Shown one piece after another: positions 23,963-37,677 of a stretch of DNA of 64,000 nt (the stretch's first letter is position 1; every line of letters begins with the position of its first letter). The DNA comes from Macrostomum lignano (Eukaryota). Below the pieces are notes generated by a model, which made no database searches, was not told where the DNA came from, and worked only from the letters and a program-made list of their open reading frames with translations. Location: assembly GCA_002269645.1 (NCBI GenBank), contig NIVC01001819.1:1-64000 (forward strand), written 5' to 3'. Both the position numbers and the translations under genes were made by a program.

Positions 23963-25962
23963 TGACAACACGATTCTCAAAATAATGGAAATGTAGGAAT
24001 TTAGTCATGTACATGTTGAATTCTTGGAAGATATGGACCAAATTTGACACCACAAAGTGACCAATCATCTAAAAGTGCATTACACCTGTGAAGCATCAAG
24101 CACTTTACAGTGTCTTTAAGACTTATATAGCAGAATTCCGATAAAAATTCACAAGTTTCGTTGAGGGTTATTTCGTGTCTGTGCTGAGTTATAAAAAAAA
24201 TTAGGGTATAGAACCGTTAAAACGAAGGAAAGGATTCCAAATCCAGACGTAAAGTCCCTACACGCTATGATTGTCCACCAATGGCGTTCCTTGGCTTCCA
24301 GCCCCATTTTCCCCTCTTCTCCTATGGGATCCCTTACTCTATTTCTACGCCCTATATCACTGGGAGGATTTTACAGTCCCAACCGCTCCCTCCATATATA
24401 TAATGTGCGCGAACAGACAGCAATAGTTGGAAGCAATTGAAACCAGTTTTTTTTTCATTTCAACCGTCCATCGTCGATTCGTTAAATTTTCATTGACATA
24501 AGCAACATCGAAGCAAACGGTAAATTCCATGTGTTATTTTATTTACTGAAATTTGCGTAACCCTATATAACTGATAGTAAAAGGAAACTGCACTTGATTT
24601 TCTTAGAAATTCAGTATGACCTCTTGCGAACGCATAGCGCCGGAAGGGGTTTTGCCATAGACGAATTCAATCGAGCAAAATCCGTTCTAAAATAACTGTT
24701 TCCTTCTCCAGTGGTTAACGCATGTAATACTCGTAACTGTAACTCTACATGTATGTGCACTCATTTTTTAACCCTGCATTTTTCGGGCATCATTCTTTCT
24801 GTCGATTCTGTACAGCTGGTGATGAGCTAGGGCTGCTTGTAGTTCGTAGAGCAATGCATGGGAGCCTCATGCAGCATTTATGGGATCCGCGCGGGGCCCT
24901 TCCTCCCTTCCTCTTCCTCAAACCGTTCCGCTCAGTTGTGTCATTTCACGCTTTTGCTCCTATTGGCTCATCACCATTGCTGGTAGGCTAAATATTTAAT
25001 GATTGAACTTTCAGCTGTACTCACAGGCTCCCTAGAGTTTAATCCTCGATTTTTCTCCCTAATCCAATTCTTGACCAACAAATTTGAAGCAGCAAGTCGG
25101 CATCAGCTGACAGTTCAGATGCTTTGGGCATTTAGAAAATTCACTGTGAAAAAATTACATACCAGACTAATTCGATTTTGTTTTAATTAGGACTTCCACC
25201 ATGCCTTCTGGGGTCATCGAGTCTGCGTCTGCTTCACAAATTCAAAAGGTCTGGTCACTGGGTTTGTGCCGCTAATGTGCGAAAAATTACACTTTTCAAT
25301 TGCTAGAGATAAATCAGCGTTGAAGTAAAAGTGCCTGCATCAGCTCAGGCTCGCAAGAGGTGACTCTAGCGTTAAGTCTCACCTACTCAAAATCAGCTCC
25401 TCTACTGACCTTGATTCCCCTCAAACTGAATCGTGATTTGAAAAAAAGCGAGAAACGCACTTCAGCTACGAGCTTAAGAACTGAAAAAAAACATTTTACT
25501 TTTAGCGCAGGACAGTCACCTCTCTCAATTCCATAATTATGTTCAGTACAGACGCTCTGGCTTATTATTTCAATTCTCAAATCATCTCATCTCCTTAGCT
25601 AATGCTATACTCCTCCTAAAACAGTCATCCTCTCATTCAATTTTGGCGTTGAAAGCAATTCCAATTTTAAAAGGATAGAAATAGGCAGAGAGGTGCGTAG
25701 CTCGTAATTGCAGTAGAAACATTGCGTTACCAGATCTGATCGTGTACAGTACTGTTGTAGCAGCTCTCTGCCTGTTTGAGAAGTATCGAGAAAGCTTGGA
25801 GCAACAAAATGTCATTCCCCAATTCAGTTATCATAAATAGATTTCCTGTTTGCTAGGAACAGGAAAAATAAGCGAAAGTCCCTCAAAGTTGGCTGCAAAA
25901 CACGTCTAAGGCTTGAAGTGCCTTCTAGCTGTCTAGCTTTTGATAGAAATAAATTTGTCAGA

Positions 25963-26520
<558 letters not shown>

Positions 26521-28402
26521 GGCTAGAAGCGTCAGTTCCTCCCACACTGGCCACCATGTGCATCATCATGGCAGCAGGGCTATCAGTCATCGTGAATTAT
26601 TAACACAGCCTTGGCAGTCGTGTTGTCCCCAGAAAAGAGCAGTTTTCCAACTGGGTTTACCTGCTTTTCACTTGGCCAAGCGGCAGCTTAAAGACATTTG
26701 CATCCATTGCTTTCGGTTTGACAAGAGCAAGTCTGAGCGAGTGAAGCCGAGCAGAAAAATTCCAGGAAAATGGGATGCAAAAAAACATTTTTCCCTGTTG
26801 TACTGCACCGGGGCCCTCAGAGGCTCCTCGATTTACCTCCAAAGTTCGTGTCTGTAGCGTGCACAGAGAGTTTGCTTGACTGGTCTCGCGAGATGGAGAA
26901 AGAGGGAGAAGGGGATGGATGAGAGATGGTTTCAGCTCAAGCTGAAATAAATTGAGCAGTGATGTAGCCCGATCAGAGAGCATGTTGTCCTTGTTTCATG
27001 GACTTCAGTTTTCCAGCATATGTGACGGTAGTACTAAGGTACGCACAATTAGAAATGCGACTTCAATTGGTATTTTTAAATTTAACATGATTTTTTTATC
27101 GATAAGAGAGACTCGGATTATATATTATAGTGTAGATCTAAAACTGAATTTTGTATCCGACTCCTTGTTATTCAGGGGAAAAAATTAAAATTTCATTGGT
27201 TTGATCCAGGGACTACTAAAACACTAACTTGGCCGGTGGGCTGTCGTGCCATTCAGGGCCCAACCCCCAAGCCACAGGGAGTGTACATGTCAGACTATAG
27301 AAAGTCAGGGCTGATGTGCACCCTGTGTGAGCGTGTGTATCAGCTGAATTGGCAGAAGTGCCTGGTTGTGGGAATTGGGGGGGGACGTCACCCAAGGTGT
27401 TGCTCCCGGATGTCCACAAGCCGCCTGCAGTAATCGCTTGTATTTTGACTTTCAAGCAGACAGGACCGTCTTAAACTGCTGTCAAGCTTGAGCTGTCAAC
27501 TTGATTGGGATTTTATCAACTCGATTGAATTTATTGTCTATGGCCGAGAGTGGCTGCTGTTGCAGCAAATGCAGATTATCCAGTTAATCAGCCTTCTTTG
27601 TGCTGATGTCTATGGCCAAACCTATCAACTTGGTTGCAGTTTTACCGTCAGTGTCTATATGTTTATGGGCAAGACCAAAATTTATGGTTGGCTTTTGATA
27701 TTAATTACAAGTATTTTATGAGCCACTATAAGGTATAAGTCAGAGCCTATATTGGGATTAGGATTAGGAACCAGACTGGTATTAGGAATACGATTTGGAG
27801 TTAGATAAAGATTAGTGTTAGGAATAACTAGGATAGATTATGATTATGATTATGATTATGATATAGTTCGATGGCAACTGGTTGGAGTCAGTACTGGATT
27901 TATGATTAGCTATAGAATTAGGTATTATCGTTAGTTTCTCAAGAATCTGGCATGTACAGTAGTTACGTCGTGTTTGAAACTTGACTGAGAGAAAAAAATC
28001 GCAAGTTTCCATGAGCCTGGCAGTACACCGCATGCCAAGCAATCGGGCTATTGATTTTTTGCCACGCTTGCACTTTTTTAACTCTCTCTCACCGAGAGGC
28101 CAAGTCTCATTCTCGCCCATTCTCTGTCCTCTCACTCTCCCTTCTCTTCATGAAGAGCAGATTAAAAATACTGCTCTAATTGGCAGCCGCTACCCCCTGC
28201 CGACCGCTTGGCCATTGAGATCCCATGGGAGCTGGAGCGAAGTTGAGCTGCTGACAGGCGGGCTGGCTGAGTAGCGTCAGCCACTACACTATTCTAGCTC
28301 AGCTTACTTATGCCTCAACTGCACCACTTGATAGCAAATTGAAGGTTGAATTCCAGTGATTTGCTGCGAACGGCTTCTCGATTAAAACTTTGATACTTCT
28401 TT

Positions 28403-28892
<490 letters not shown>

Positions 28893-30447
28893 GGGCCCTG
28901 TGGGCGCAGGAAGCCAGGCGGATAATTACCAGTGCCTCATGTCCTTCACTATCCCACCCAGCTGATTATTCCTTCATCCTGTTCCCGCCAGCAGGCTGCA
29001 CACGGCTAACCAACCTCTTGATGCCGCGAACCTATTAACGTCATGATCTGATTCCTCTGACCTGAATTCCCCTTCGTACTACCCACCTTCCTCTCCTGCA
29101 GTCCTTTCGACCCTGCACCCTTTGATCCCACGCAAATTCATCTTCATTTCCTGCTGGGGATTTTGGGGGGTATTTTTACATTCTGGGCTGGGACAGATGA
29201 CACTGATGCCGGAGCCGGCTCAGCGCTGAGTGATGATGATGATGAGTTCATGGACGCTCATAGATCAAAAACTTCTTTAGTGTGTAAATACAGTCAGAGA
29301 GTGTTGAATATTTATAAGTTCAGCATTATTTTCTACTAATTTTAGCATTTTTGCTTATCTAGACTATCGCACAGGGGACAGAGCGCTGCATGACCCCTGG
29401 TATGACCAGTTAGGATGAAATGATTCAAACCAATCGAGGTCAGAAGTGTATTAGCACAGTAGGATTCAGTCAGGAATCCATTAGGTCTGCACTCCGCATG
29501 TGTTTTGAGTGCTTGAGGGTCCAGTGGTGTCGCATGTCGAATGCTTTTGAGGGCTTGACGGCTTTGTTGTCGAGTAGGGCTTTTGACGGGAAATTGCGAG
29601 AAAAAATCATCTCTTATTTTCAGTGGGTTGAGCAATAGGCATGCAAGATCGAATTGCCACGATTTTAGCTGCTCGCTGGCGACCAGTTCCAGTGAGATTT
29701 TCCAGTAGCTTCTGATGCAGCATGGGTTGTCAGTGATGTGATGCAGATTTAAGAGGTGTCAGTGTCAGGTGTCAGAGGTGCAATTAACATCAGGGCCGCT
29801 GTGCACTCCTGCGTGAGTGTCACGCGTTTGTGTACTTGTCTCGGGTCGGAGTTCTCGCTTGGGATTTCCGGAAGTGATTTTTTTAATAATCCGCTTTGCT
29901 GATTCTCTTAGTGATAGTGCAAGTCTGTGTTAGTCACTAGAATAGAGAAGCAGACAGCTGCTGCGAAGCGAAGCACTCCACGAGACTTCAAGGTCGAAGA
30001 TAGACTGGGAGGTGACGAGAGCTGATAGGAAGTGTGGGGCCTAGCCAAGAGGAAAACCGGAAGCTGCTCCCCCGACCCAGCATCCACCAGCCTCATCAAG
30101 CAGCAGCGCAGACATTCAATACCCAGGCAACCTTTGCAGCCAAATTTTTCCCATTCAACCATGCGGGGCTGAAGCCGTCACTCCAGCGGAGTCACAACGC
30201 GTTCTCTGTAGCCTTGCGGAGTAGTCGTGCGCAGCTTTGCTTAAGGTTAGCGAGATTCTTAGAAAGCGCTTTCTTAGAAATATACTCCTCAAGGACCAAG
30301 GCGTGGATTCGCAGGCAGCAATGAGTTGTTGTTCATAAAAGTACATATTGGTTGGCGCCAATGACATTCTGTTTGGCGCTATTCTTCCTAATGTTTTTGG
30401 CGCCAACCAATATCTGACTTGGACATTGAAAAAAATTTTTGCAGAGT

Positions 30448-31392
30448 TAAATCATCATCTCAATATTTTTGACACCGATAATCATCATCTCAATATTTTT
30501 GACACCGATAATCATCATCTCAATATTTTTGACACCGATAATCATCATCTCAATATTTCTTACACCGATAATCATCATCTCCACATTACTGACACCTATA
30601 ATCATCATTATCTGACATTTCTGAGATCGATAATCATCATCTATGACATTTCTGACACCTATAATCATCATCTCCATATTTCTGACGCCGATAATCATCA
30701 TTATCTGACATTTCTGACACCGATAATCATCATCTCCATATTTCTGACGCCGATAATCATCATCTCCATATTTCTGACACCGATAACCATCATCTCCACA
30801 TTTCTGACACCGATAATCATCATCTCCATATTTCTGACGCCGATAATCATCATCTCCATATTTCTGACGCCGATAATCATCATTATCTGACATTTCTGAC
30901 ATCGATAATCATCATCTATGACATTTCTGACACCTATAATCATCATCTCCATATTTCTGACACCGATAATCATCATCTCCATATTTCTGACGCCGATAAT
31001 CATCATTATCTGACATTTCTGACATCGATGACCATCATCTCCACATTTCTGACACCGATAATCATCATCTCCACATTTCTGACACCGATAATCATCATCT
31101 CCATATTTCTGACACCGATAATCATCATCTCCACATTTCTGACACCGATAATCATCATCTCAATATTTCTGACACCGATAATCATCATCTCCACATTTCT
31201 GACACCGATAATCATCATCTCCATATTTCTGGCACCGATAATCATCATCTCCACATTTCTGACACCGATAATCATCATCTCCATATTTCTGACACCGATA
31301 ATCATCATCTCCATATTTCTGAGACCGATAATCATCATCTCCATATTTCTGAGACCGATAATCATCATCTCCATATTTCTGGCACCAATCAT
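30448..31392. repeat. 30 nt minisatellite (ATCATCATCTCCATATTTCTGACACCGATA) with 33 nt variants
   Basis: About 31 copies. Confidence 0.93.
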
Positions 31393-31771
31393 CAGCACAC
31401 ATTAGACGGGTGCAATATTATTTTGCAGACTTAGTTAGTGCTTGAAATGCCATACAGCAGGTTTCTGTATTTCAAGGTCTGGGTTCATCTGAAATCTGGA
31501 ATCGCTACGGTTTTAGAACAGAAGGGGATTTCTCCCTAGGAATTTCTAATTGGCCAAGGGGAAGAATTTAAAATGGGAAGAATTAGCGCCCGATCGATCA
31601 GGGGAAAAAGTCCAACTGGCAAAACTGTTTCATTCGTTTTTTTGACTTGCCATTCCGCAGTTCCTGACACTCTGAAAATTCTTTTCAGTCACAAATGGAA
31701 GACGAATCTGCCCAGTGCGGATTATGAGGGGGGGGGCACCGGGGATTGTGGCGGCTTTAGCTTTTATGAGT

Positions 31772-32317
31772 GATCTCTCTCTCTGCCCTCCCTGATCTCT
31801 CTCTGCCCTCCCTGATCTCTCTCTGCCCTCCCTGATCTCTCTCTGCCCTCCCTGATCTCTCTCTGCCCTCCCTGATCTCTCTCTGCCCTCACTGATCTCT
31901 GCCCTCCCTGATCTCTCTCTGCCCTCCCTGATCTCTCTCTGCCTTCCCTGATCTCTCTCTGCCCTCCCTGATCTCTCTCTGCCCTCCCTGATCTCTCTCT
32001 GCCCTCCCTGATCTCTCTCTGCCCTCCCTGATCTCTCTCTGCCCTCCCTGATCTCTCTCTCTCTGCCCTCCCTGATCTCTCTCTGCCCTCCCTGATCTCT
32101 CTCTGCCCTCCCTGATCTCTGCCCTCCCTGATCTCTCTCTGCCCTCCCTGATCTCTCTCTGCCTTCTCTGATCTCTCTCTGCCCTCCCTGATCTCTCTCT
32201 GCCCTCCCTGATCTCTCTCTGCCCTCCCTGATCTCTCTCTGCCCTCCCTGATCTCTCTCTCTGCCCTCCCTGATCTCTCTCTGCCCTCCCTGATCTCTCT
32301 CTGCCCTCCCTGATCTT
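31772..32317. repeat. 20 nt pyrimidine-rich minisatellite (TCTCTCTCTGCCCTCCCTGA)
   Basis: About 27 copies. Confidence 0.95.
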
Positions 32318-32802
32318 TCTCTAGTCTCCAAACGGCCCCATTCACCCTCTGTGACCCTTATCTAGCCTTCGTATTTAGCTAACCTATCTCTGCCGTGCCT
32401 TCCTTTTTTCTTTTCCAGAGCCACAAAAGAAGACTTTTGACACAATCCACTTAAAGACAGAGGGAGCTAGGTGTTTGAATAAAGAATTTCTTTATTTTCC
32501 AAGTCCACACTGTCAGAACTAAACTGAAGTGACAAAAATCGACCAATTTCTTGTAGTATCTGTCGTCTCCCCTCGATCAACACCTGGACAGAGCGCTGGC
32601 TCTGCAAGCAGAGAAATGCACTGAGGGGGCAGGGCTTGTTCCCCCCAGAATATATTTCTCATAACAGTCAGTGTCCATAGTCTTTTATGGCGATGCCGTT
32701 GAGACTATCTAGAGTTATCGTTTCAGTTAGAGCAGGCAATATTTTTGTACTTTACTTGAAACTCGTTTAAAAATGGAATGTGGATACATGTTACTGCTTC
32801 TT

Positions 32803-33258
32803 TTCTCTCTTCTCTTCTTCATCTCTTCTACCTCTCTGCTCTCTTTTCTCTCTTCTCTTCTCCATCTCTTCTACCTCTCTGTTCTCTTTTCTCTGTTCTC
32901 TTCTCCATCTCTTCTACCTCTCTGTTCTCTTTTCTCTCTTCTCTTCTTCATCTCTTCTACCTCTCTGTTCTCTTTTCTCTCTTCTCTTCTTCATCTCTTC
33001 TACCTCTCTGTTCTCTTTTCTCTATTCTCTTCTCCATCTCTTCTACCTCTCTGTTCTCTTTTCTCTCTTCTCTTCTCCATCTCTTCTACCTCTCTGTTCT
33101 CTTTTCTCTCTTCTCTTCTTCATCTCTTCTACCTCTCTGCTCTCTTTTCTCTCTTCTCTTCTTCATCTCTTCTACCTCTCTGCTCTCTTTTCTCTCTTCT
33201 CTTCTCCATCTCTTCTACCTCTCTGCTCTCTTTTCTCTCTTCTCTTCTCCATCTCTTC
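32803..33258. repeat. 43 nt pyrimidine-rich minisatellite
   Basis: CTCTTCTCTTCTCCATCTCTTCTACCTCTCTGTTCTCTTTTCT, about 10 copies. Confidence 0.92.
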
Positions 33259-33908
33259 TCCCGCTCTTCTCTCTTCCTCTCCTTTACCCATCTCTTCTCC
33301 CTTCTCGTCTACGTCTTTCTCCTCTTTATCTTAGCGTTGGTCTCCCCCCTCTGACTTACAATTTAGTTCACTCCTTCCTCTCTCATTTCTCTCTCTCTAT
33401 ACCCAAGTTCGAGCTCTGCCATTATTCTACAATTTCTTTTTAGACAGAATGGAAAACTCGACAAAACGAGGCAGTGGAATTGCCAGCTGCCTCCACCATA
33501 TGCGCACAAAACTCACAGAAGAGGAACTCTCCATTCCAAGAAATCGATCTTTTTTTCAGTCCCAACCCACAACCTCCCGAGTCGTTTCCCAGAATTTGCT
33601 AAGCTAGGCTTAGCCCTTCCATGCCGCAACCCCCGACCCCTGTTAGGCAGCCGTTTTTCATCATCATTTTGCTTCGTCTGTCTCTTGCAAGCATCGACTG
33701 GCAAGGATGAACAGCTCCCAACTTCCCAGTTTGATTGATTTCGACGCTAAGGCCATGCGGTGAGGACTTGCCTCGAATATTATAGCCTTGTGCATTACGC
33801 TCTGAGAAGTAGAAAACATATTTTCTTTGTCCTGAGCTCGACTTTACTATGAAAAATGTGTCAATCATCAAAATTTTATATCGTCTAAATTCACAATTTT
33901 CTGCTTTG

Positions 33909-34760
33909 GAAGTCTCGAGTTTGTAGAAGTCTCGAGCTTGTAGAAGTTTTGAGTTTGTAAAAGTTTCGAGTTTGTAGAAGTTTCGAGTTTGTAGAAGTCT
34001 CGAGCTTGTAGAAGTCTCGAGCTTGTGGAAGTTTCGAGTTGGTAGAAGTTTTGAGCTTGTAGAAGTTTCGAGTTTGTAGAAGTTTCGAGTTTGTAGAAGT
34101 TTCGAGTTTGTAGAAGTTTCGAGTTTGTAGAAGTTTTGAGCTTGTAGAAGTTTCGAGTTTGTAGAAGTCTCGAGCTTGTGGAAGTTTCGAGTTTGTAGAA
34201 GTTTCGAGTTTGTAAAAGTCTCGAGCTTGTGGAAGTTTCGAGTTTGTAGAAGTTTTGAGCTTGTAGAAGTTTCGAGTTTGTAGAAGTTTCGAGCTTGTAG
34301 AAGTTTCGAGTTTGTAGAAGTCTCGAGCTTGTGGAAGTTTCGAGTTTGTAGAAGTTTTGAGCTTGTAGAAGTTTCGAGTTTGTAGAAGTTTCGAGTTTGT
34401 AGAAGTTTCGAGTTTGTAGAAGTTTTGAGCTTGTAGAAGTTTCGAGTTTGTAGAAGTTTCGAGCTTGTAGAAGTTTCGAGTTTGTAGAAGTCTCGAGCTT
34501 GTGGAAGTTTCGAGTTTGTAGAAGTTTTGAGCTTGTAGAAGTTTCGAGTTTGTAGAAGTTTCGAGTTTGTAGAAGTTTTGAGCTTGTAGAAGTTTCGAGT
34601 TTGTAGAAGTCTCGAGCTTGTAGAAGTTTCGAGTTTGTAGAAGTTTCGAGTTTGTAGAAGTTTTGAGCTTGTAGAAGTTTCGAGTTTGTAGAAGTCTTGA
34701 TCTTGTAGAAGTTTCGAGTTTGTAGAAGTTTTGAGCTTGTAGAAGTTTTGAGCTTGTAGA
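33909..34760. repeat. 17 nt satellite (GTTTGTAGAAGTTTCGA), left arm
   Basis: About 50 copies by length; interrupted by the Helitron trimer. Confidence 0.95.
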
Positions 34761-34985
34761 CTAGCAATCTACGCCCCCCGTTGGGGAGCCAAATAAATGC
34801 AATACACGTTTTTTTAATAAGCTACATGTATCCTTGAAATCTTAAAAAATCTCCTGTCAAACCTTGTAAGCCTTGACATGTCAGTAATTCCCCCCCCCAC
34901 AAGCTTTGACATATCAACTTCCCCCCTTGACATCTCAGCAATGCCCCCAATAAGCCTTGGAAATCTAAAAATATCTGTCAACCTT

Positions 34986-35048
34986 CTAACCCTAGCCTAA
35001 CCCTAACCCTAACCCTAGCCCTAACCCTAACCCTAACCCTAACCTAAC
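34986..35048. repeat. Interstitial telomeric-type (CCCTAA)n tract, about 10 units, in Helitron unit A
   Basis: CTAACCCTAGCCTAACCCTAACCCTAACCCTAGCCCTAACCCTAACCCTAACCCTAACCTAAC. Confidence 0.9.
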
Positions 35049-35889
35049 ATTGAAATTTCAGTAATTCTCTCTAAGAGTCACTATAGCACTACTACAGCAT
35101 TATAGCGATTTCCTGCAAGCCTCGACATCGTAGGGATTCCCAAATGAATCTCTTAACTTCGACATGAAGCTTCTTTTATTTTTTACATTACGCTTTTTTT
35201 ATCAGCGATCCCTCCCCTGAGGAGGCATCAAATAATGTAATAAAAAGTTTTCAATAAACTACATGTAGCTTCTGACTTTAGCCTTGAAATCTCATTTATA
35301 CCCCGTGAGCCTTGACATCTCAGCTATTCCCCCCGTAAGCCTTAACATGTCAGCGATGGCCTCCATAAACCTTGAAATCTAAAAAATCCCCTGTTATTCT
35401 GTTAACCTTGAAATCCGATAAAATATAACCCTCAACCCACACCTGACCTAAACCTAACTTTAACCCAACCTAAAGCCTTGAAATCTCAGCAATTCTTCTC
35501 CCCTAAGCCTTGACATTTTAGTGATTCCTTCTTTAAGAATCACAGCACTATAACGATTTCCACCAAGCTTTGACATCGTAGCAATTCCCAAATGAATCTT
35601 TTAACTTGAACATTACTTTTCTTTTATGTATAGCTCGTACATACGCTCGTAGTGCTACTTTTATTTTTTACATGACTCTTCTTCTATAAGCGCCTCCCGT
35701 GGCGAGCCAACAAAGAATGCAATAAAAAAATTGAGTAAAGTACATGAACTTTGAAGTAGCTTCTGACTTTTGCTTTGACATCTCAGAAACCCCCCCGTAA
35801 TCTCAGCAGTTATTCTCTGAGAGCCTTGACGTCTCAGTTTTTCTCCCCAGCACAGCATTATAGCTGCATTTAATTTTTGATTTTTATGA

Positions 35890-37558
35890 TTTTCTATGAT
35901 TTTTAAATGACGCTTCTACGATTTTTACATGACGCTTCTATGATTTTTTACATGACGCTTCTATGATTTTTTACATGACGCTTCTATGATTGTTTACATG
36001 ACGCTTCTATGATTTTTTAAATGACGCTTCTATGATTGTTTACATGACGCTTCTATGATTGTTTACATGACGCTTCTATGATTTTTTACATGACGCTTCT
36101 ATGATTGTTTACATGACGCTTCTATGATTGTTTACATGACGCTTCTATGATTGTTTACATGACGCTTCTATGATTCTTTACGTGACGCTTTTATGATTTT
36201 CACATGACGCTTCTATGATTTTTTAAATGACGCATCTATGATTTTTATATGACGCTTCTATGATTTTTTTAAATGACGCTTCTATGATTGTTTACATGAT
36301 GCTTCTATGATTTTTTAAATGACGCATCTATGATTTTTTTACATGACGCTTCTATGATTCTTTACATGACGCTTCTATGATTGTTTACATGACGCTACTA
36401 TGATTTTTTTACATGATGCTTCTATGATTGTTTACATGACGCTTCTATGATTGTTTACATGACGCTTCTATGATTTTTATATGATGCTTCTATGATTTTT
36501 TAAATGACGCATCTATGATTTTTATATGATGCTTCTATGATTTTTTAAATGACGCATCTATGATTTTTATATGACGCTTCTATAATTTTTTATATGACGC
36601 TTCTACGATTTTTTACATGACGCTACTATGATTTTTACATGACGCTTCTTTTTAAAAAGTCTTTTAGTTTTCCTGACGTTGAAAAGCTTTAATTAAAAAA
36701 ATTATACTCTATGAAAATTCGAACCATCGTCGCTGCATTTAGCAGTTCAGTCTGTTCACCTCTAGGCATCTATGATGCATCTATGATTTTTATATGACGC
36801 TTCTATGATTTTTTACATGACGCTTCTATGATTGTTTACATGACGCTTCCATGATTTTTTAAATGACGCATCTATGATTTTTGCATGACGCTTCTATGAT
36901 TTTTTAAATGACGCTTCTACGATTTTTTACATGACGCTTCTATGATTGTTTACATGACGCTTCTATGATTGTTTACATGACGCTTCTATGATTGTTTGCA
37001 TGACGCTTCTATGATTTTTTTACATGACGCTTCTATGATTGTTTACATGACGCTTCTATAATTGTTTACATGACGCTTCTATGATTTTTTACATGACGCT
37101 TCTATGATTGTTTACATGACGCTTCTATGATTGTTTACATGACGCTTCTATGATTCTTTACGTGACGCTTCTATGATTTTCACATGACGCTTCTACGATT
37201 GTTTACATGACGCTTCCATGATTTTTTAAATGACGCATCTATGATTTTTATATGACGCTTCTATGATTTTTTAAATGACGCTTCTATGATTGTTTACATG
37301 ATGCTTCTATGATTTTTTAAATGACGCATCTATGATTTTTATATGATGCTTCTATGATTTTTTAAATGACGCTTCTATGATTGTTTACATGATGCTTCTA
37401 TGGTTTTTTAAATGACGCATCTATGATTTTTATATGATGCTTCTATGATTTTTTAAATGACGCATCTATGATTTTTATATGACGCTTCTATAATTTTTTA
37501 TATGACGCTTCTACGATTTTTTACATGACGCTACTATGATTTTTACATGACGCTTCTT
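35890..37558. repeat. 22-23 nt satellite (CATGACGCTTCTATGATTGTTTA / ...TTTTTTA) in unit A, in two blocks created by a 908 bp duplication
   Basis: Direct tandem reading; the unique tail at 36653 recurs at 37561. Confidence 0.9.
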
Positions 37559-37602
37559 TTTAAAAAGTCTTTTAGTTTTCCTGACGTTGAAAAGCTTTAA
37601 TT

Positions 37603-37677
37603 AAAAAAATTATACTCTATGAAAATTCGAACCATCGTCGCTGCATTTAGCAGTTCAGTCTGTTCACCTCTAGGCTA
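37603..37677 (-). promoter_or_regulatory. tRNA-derived Pol III-like cassette in Helitron unit A (partial second copy at 36695-36767; degenerate copy in unit B at about 43418-43503)
   Basis: Minus strand reads TAGCCTAGAGGTGAACAGACTGAACTGCTAAATGCAGCGACGATGGTTCGAATT, followed by T7. Confidence 0.55.

Noticed and set aside
22941-24068. 375 aa (GTHFSAx)n ORF and related frames
   Set aside because: A 21-nt unit is divisible by 3; the same array recurs inside an innexin intron with TE-like flanks.
27753-27830. GGGATTAGGATTAGG… telomere-like stretch
   Set aside because: Too degenerate, with no run of perfect TTAGGG units.
29362-29418. DYRTGDRALHDPWY, resembling kinase subdomain XI
   Set aside because: Too short and weak, with no other kinase motifs in the window.
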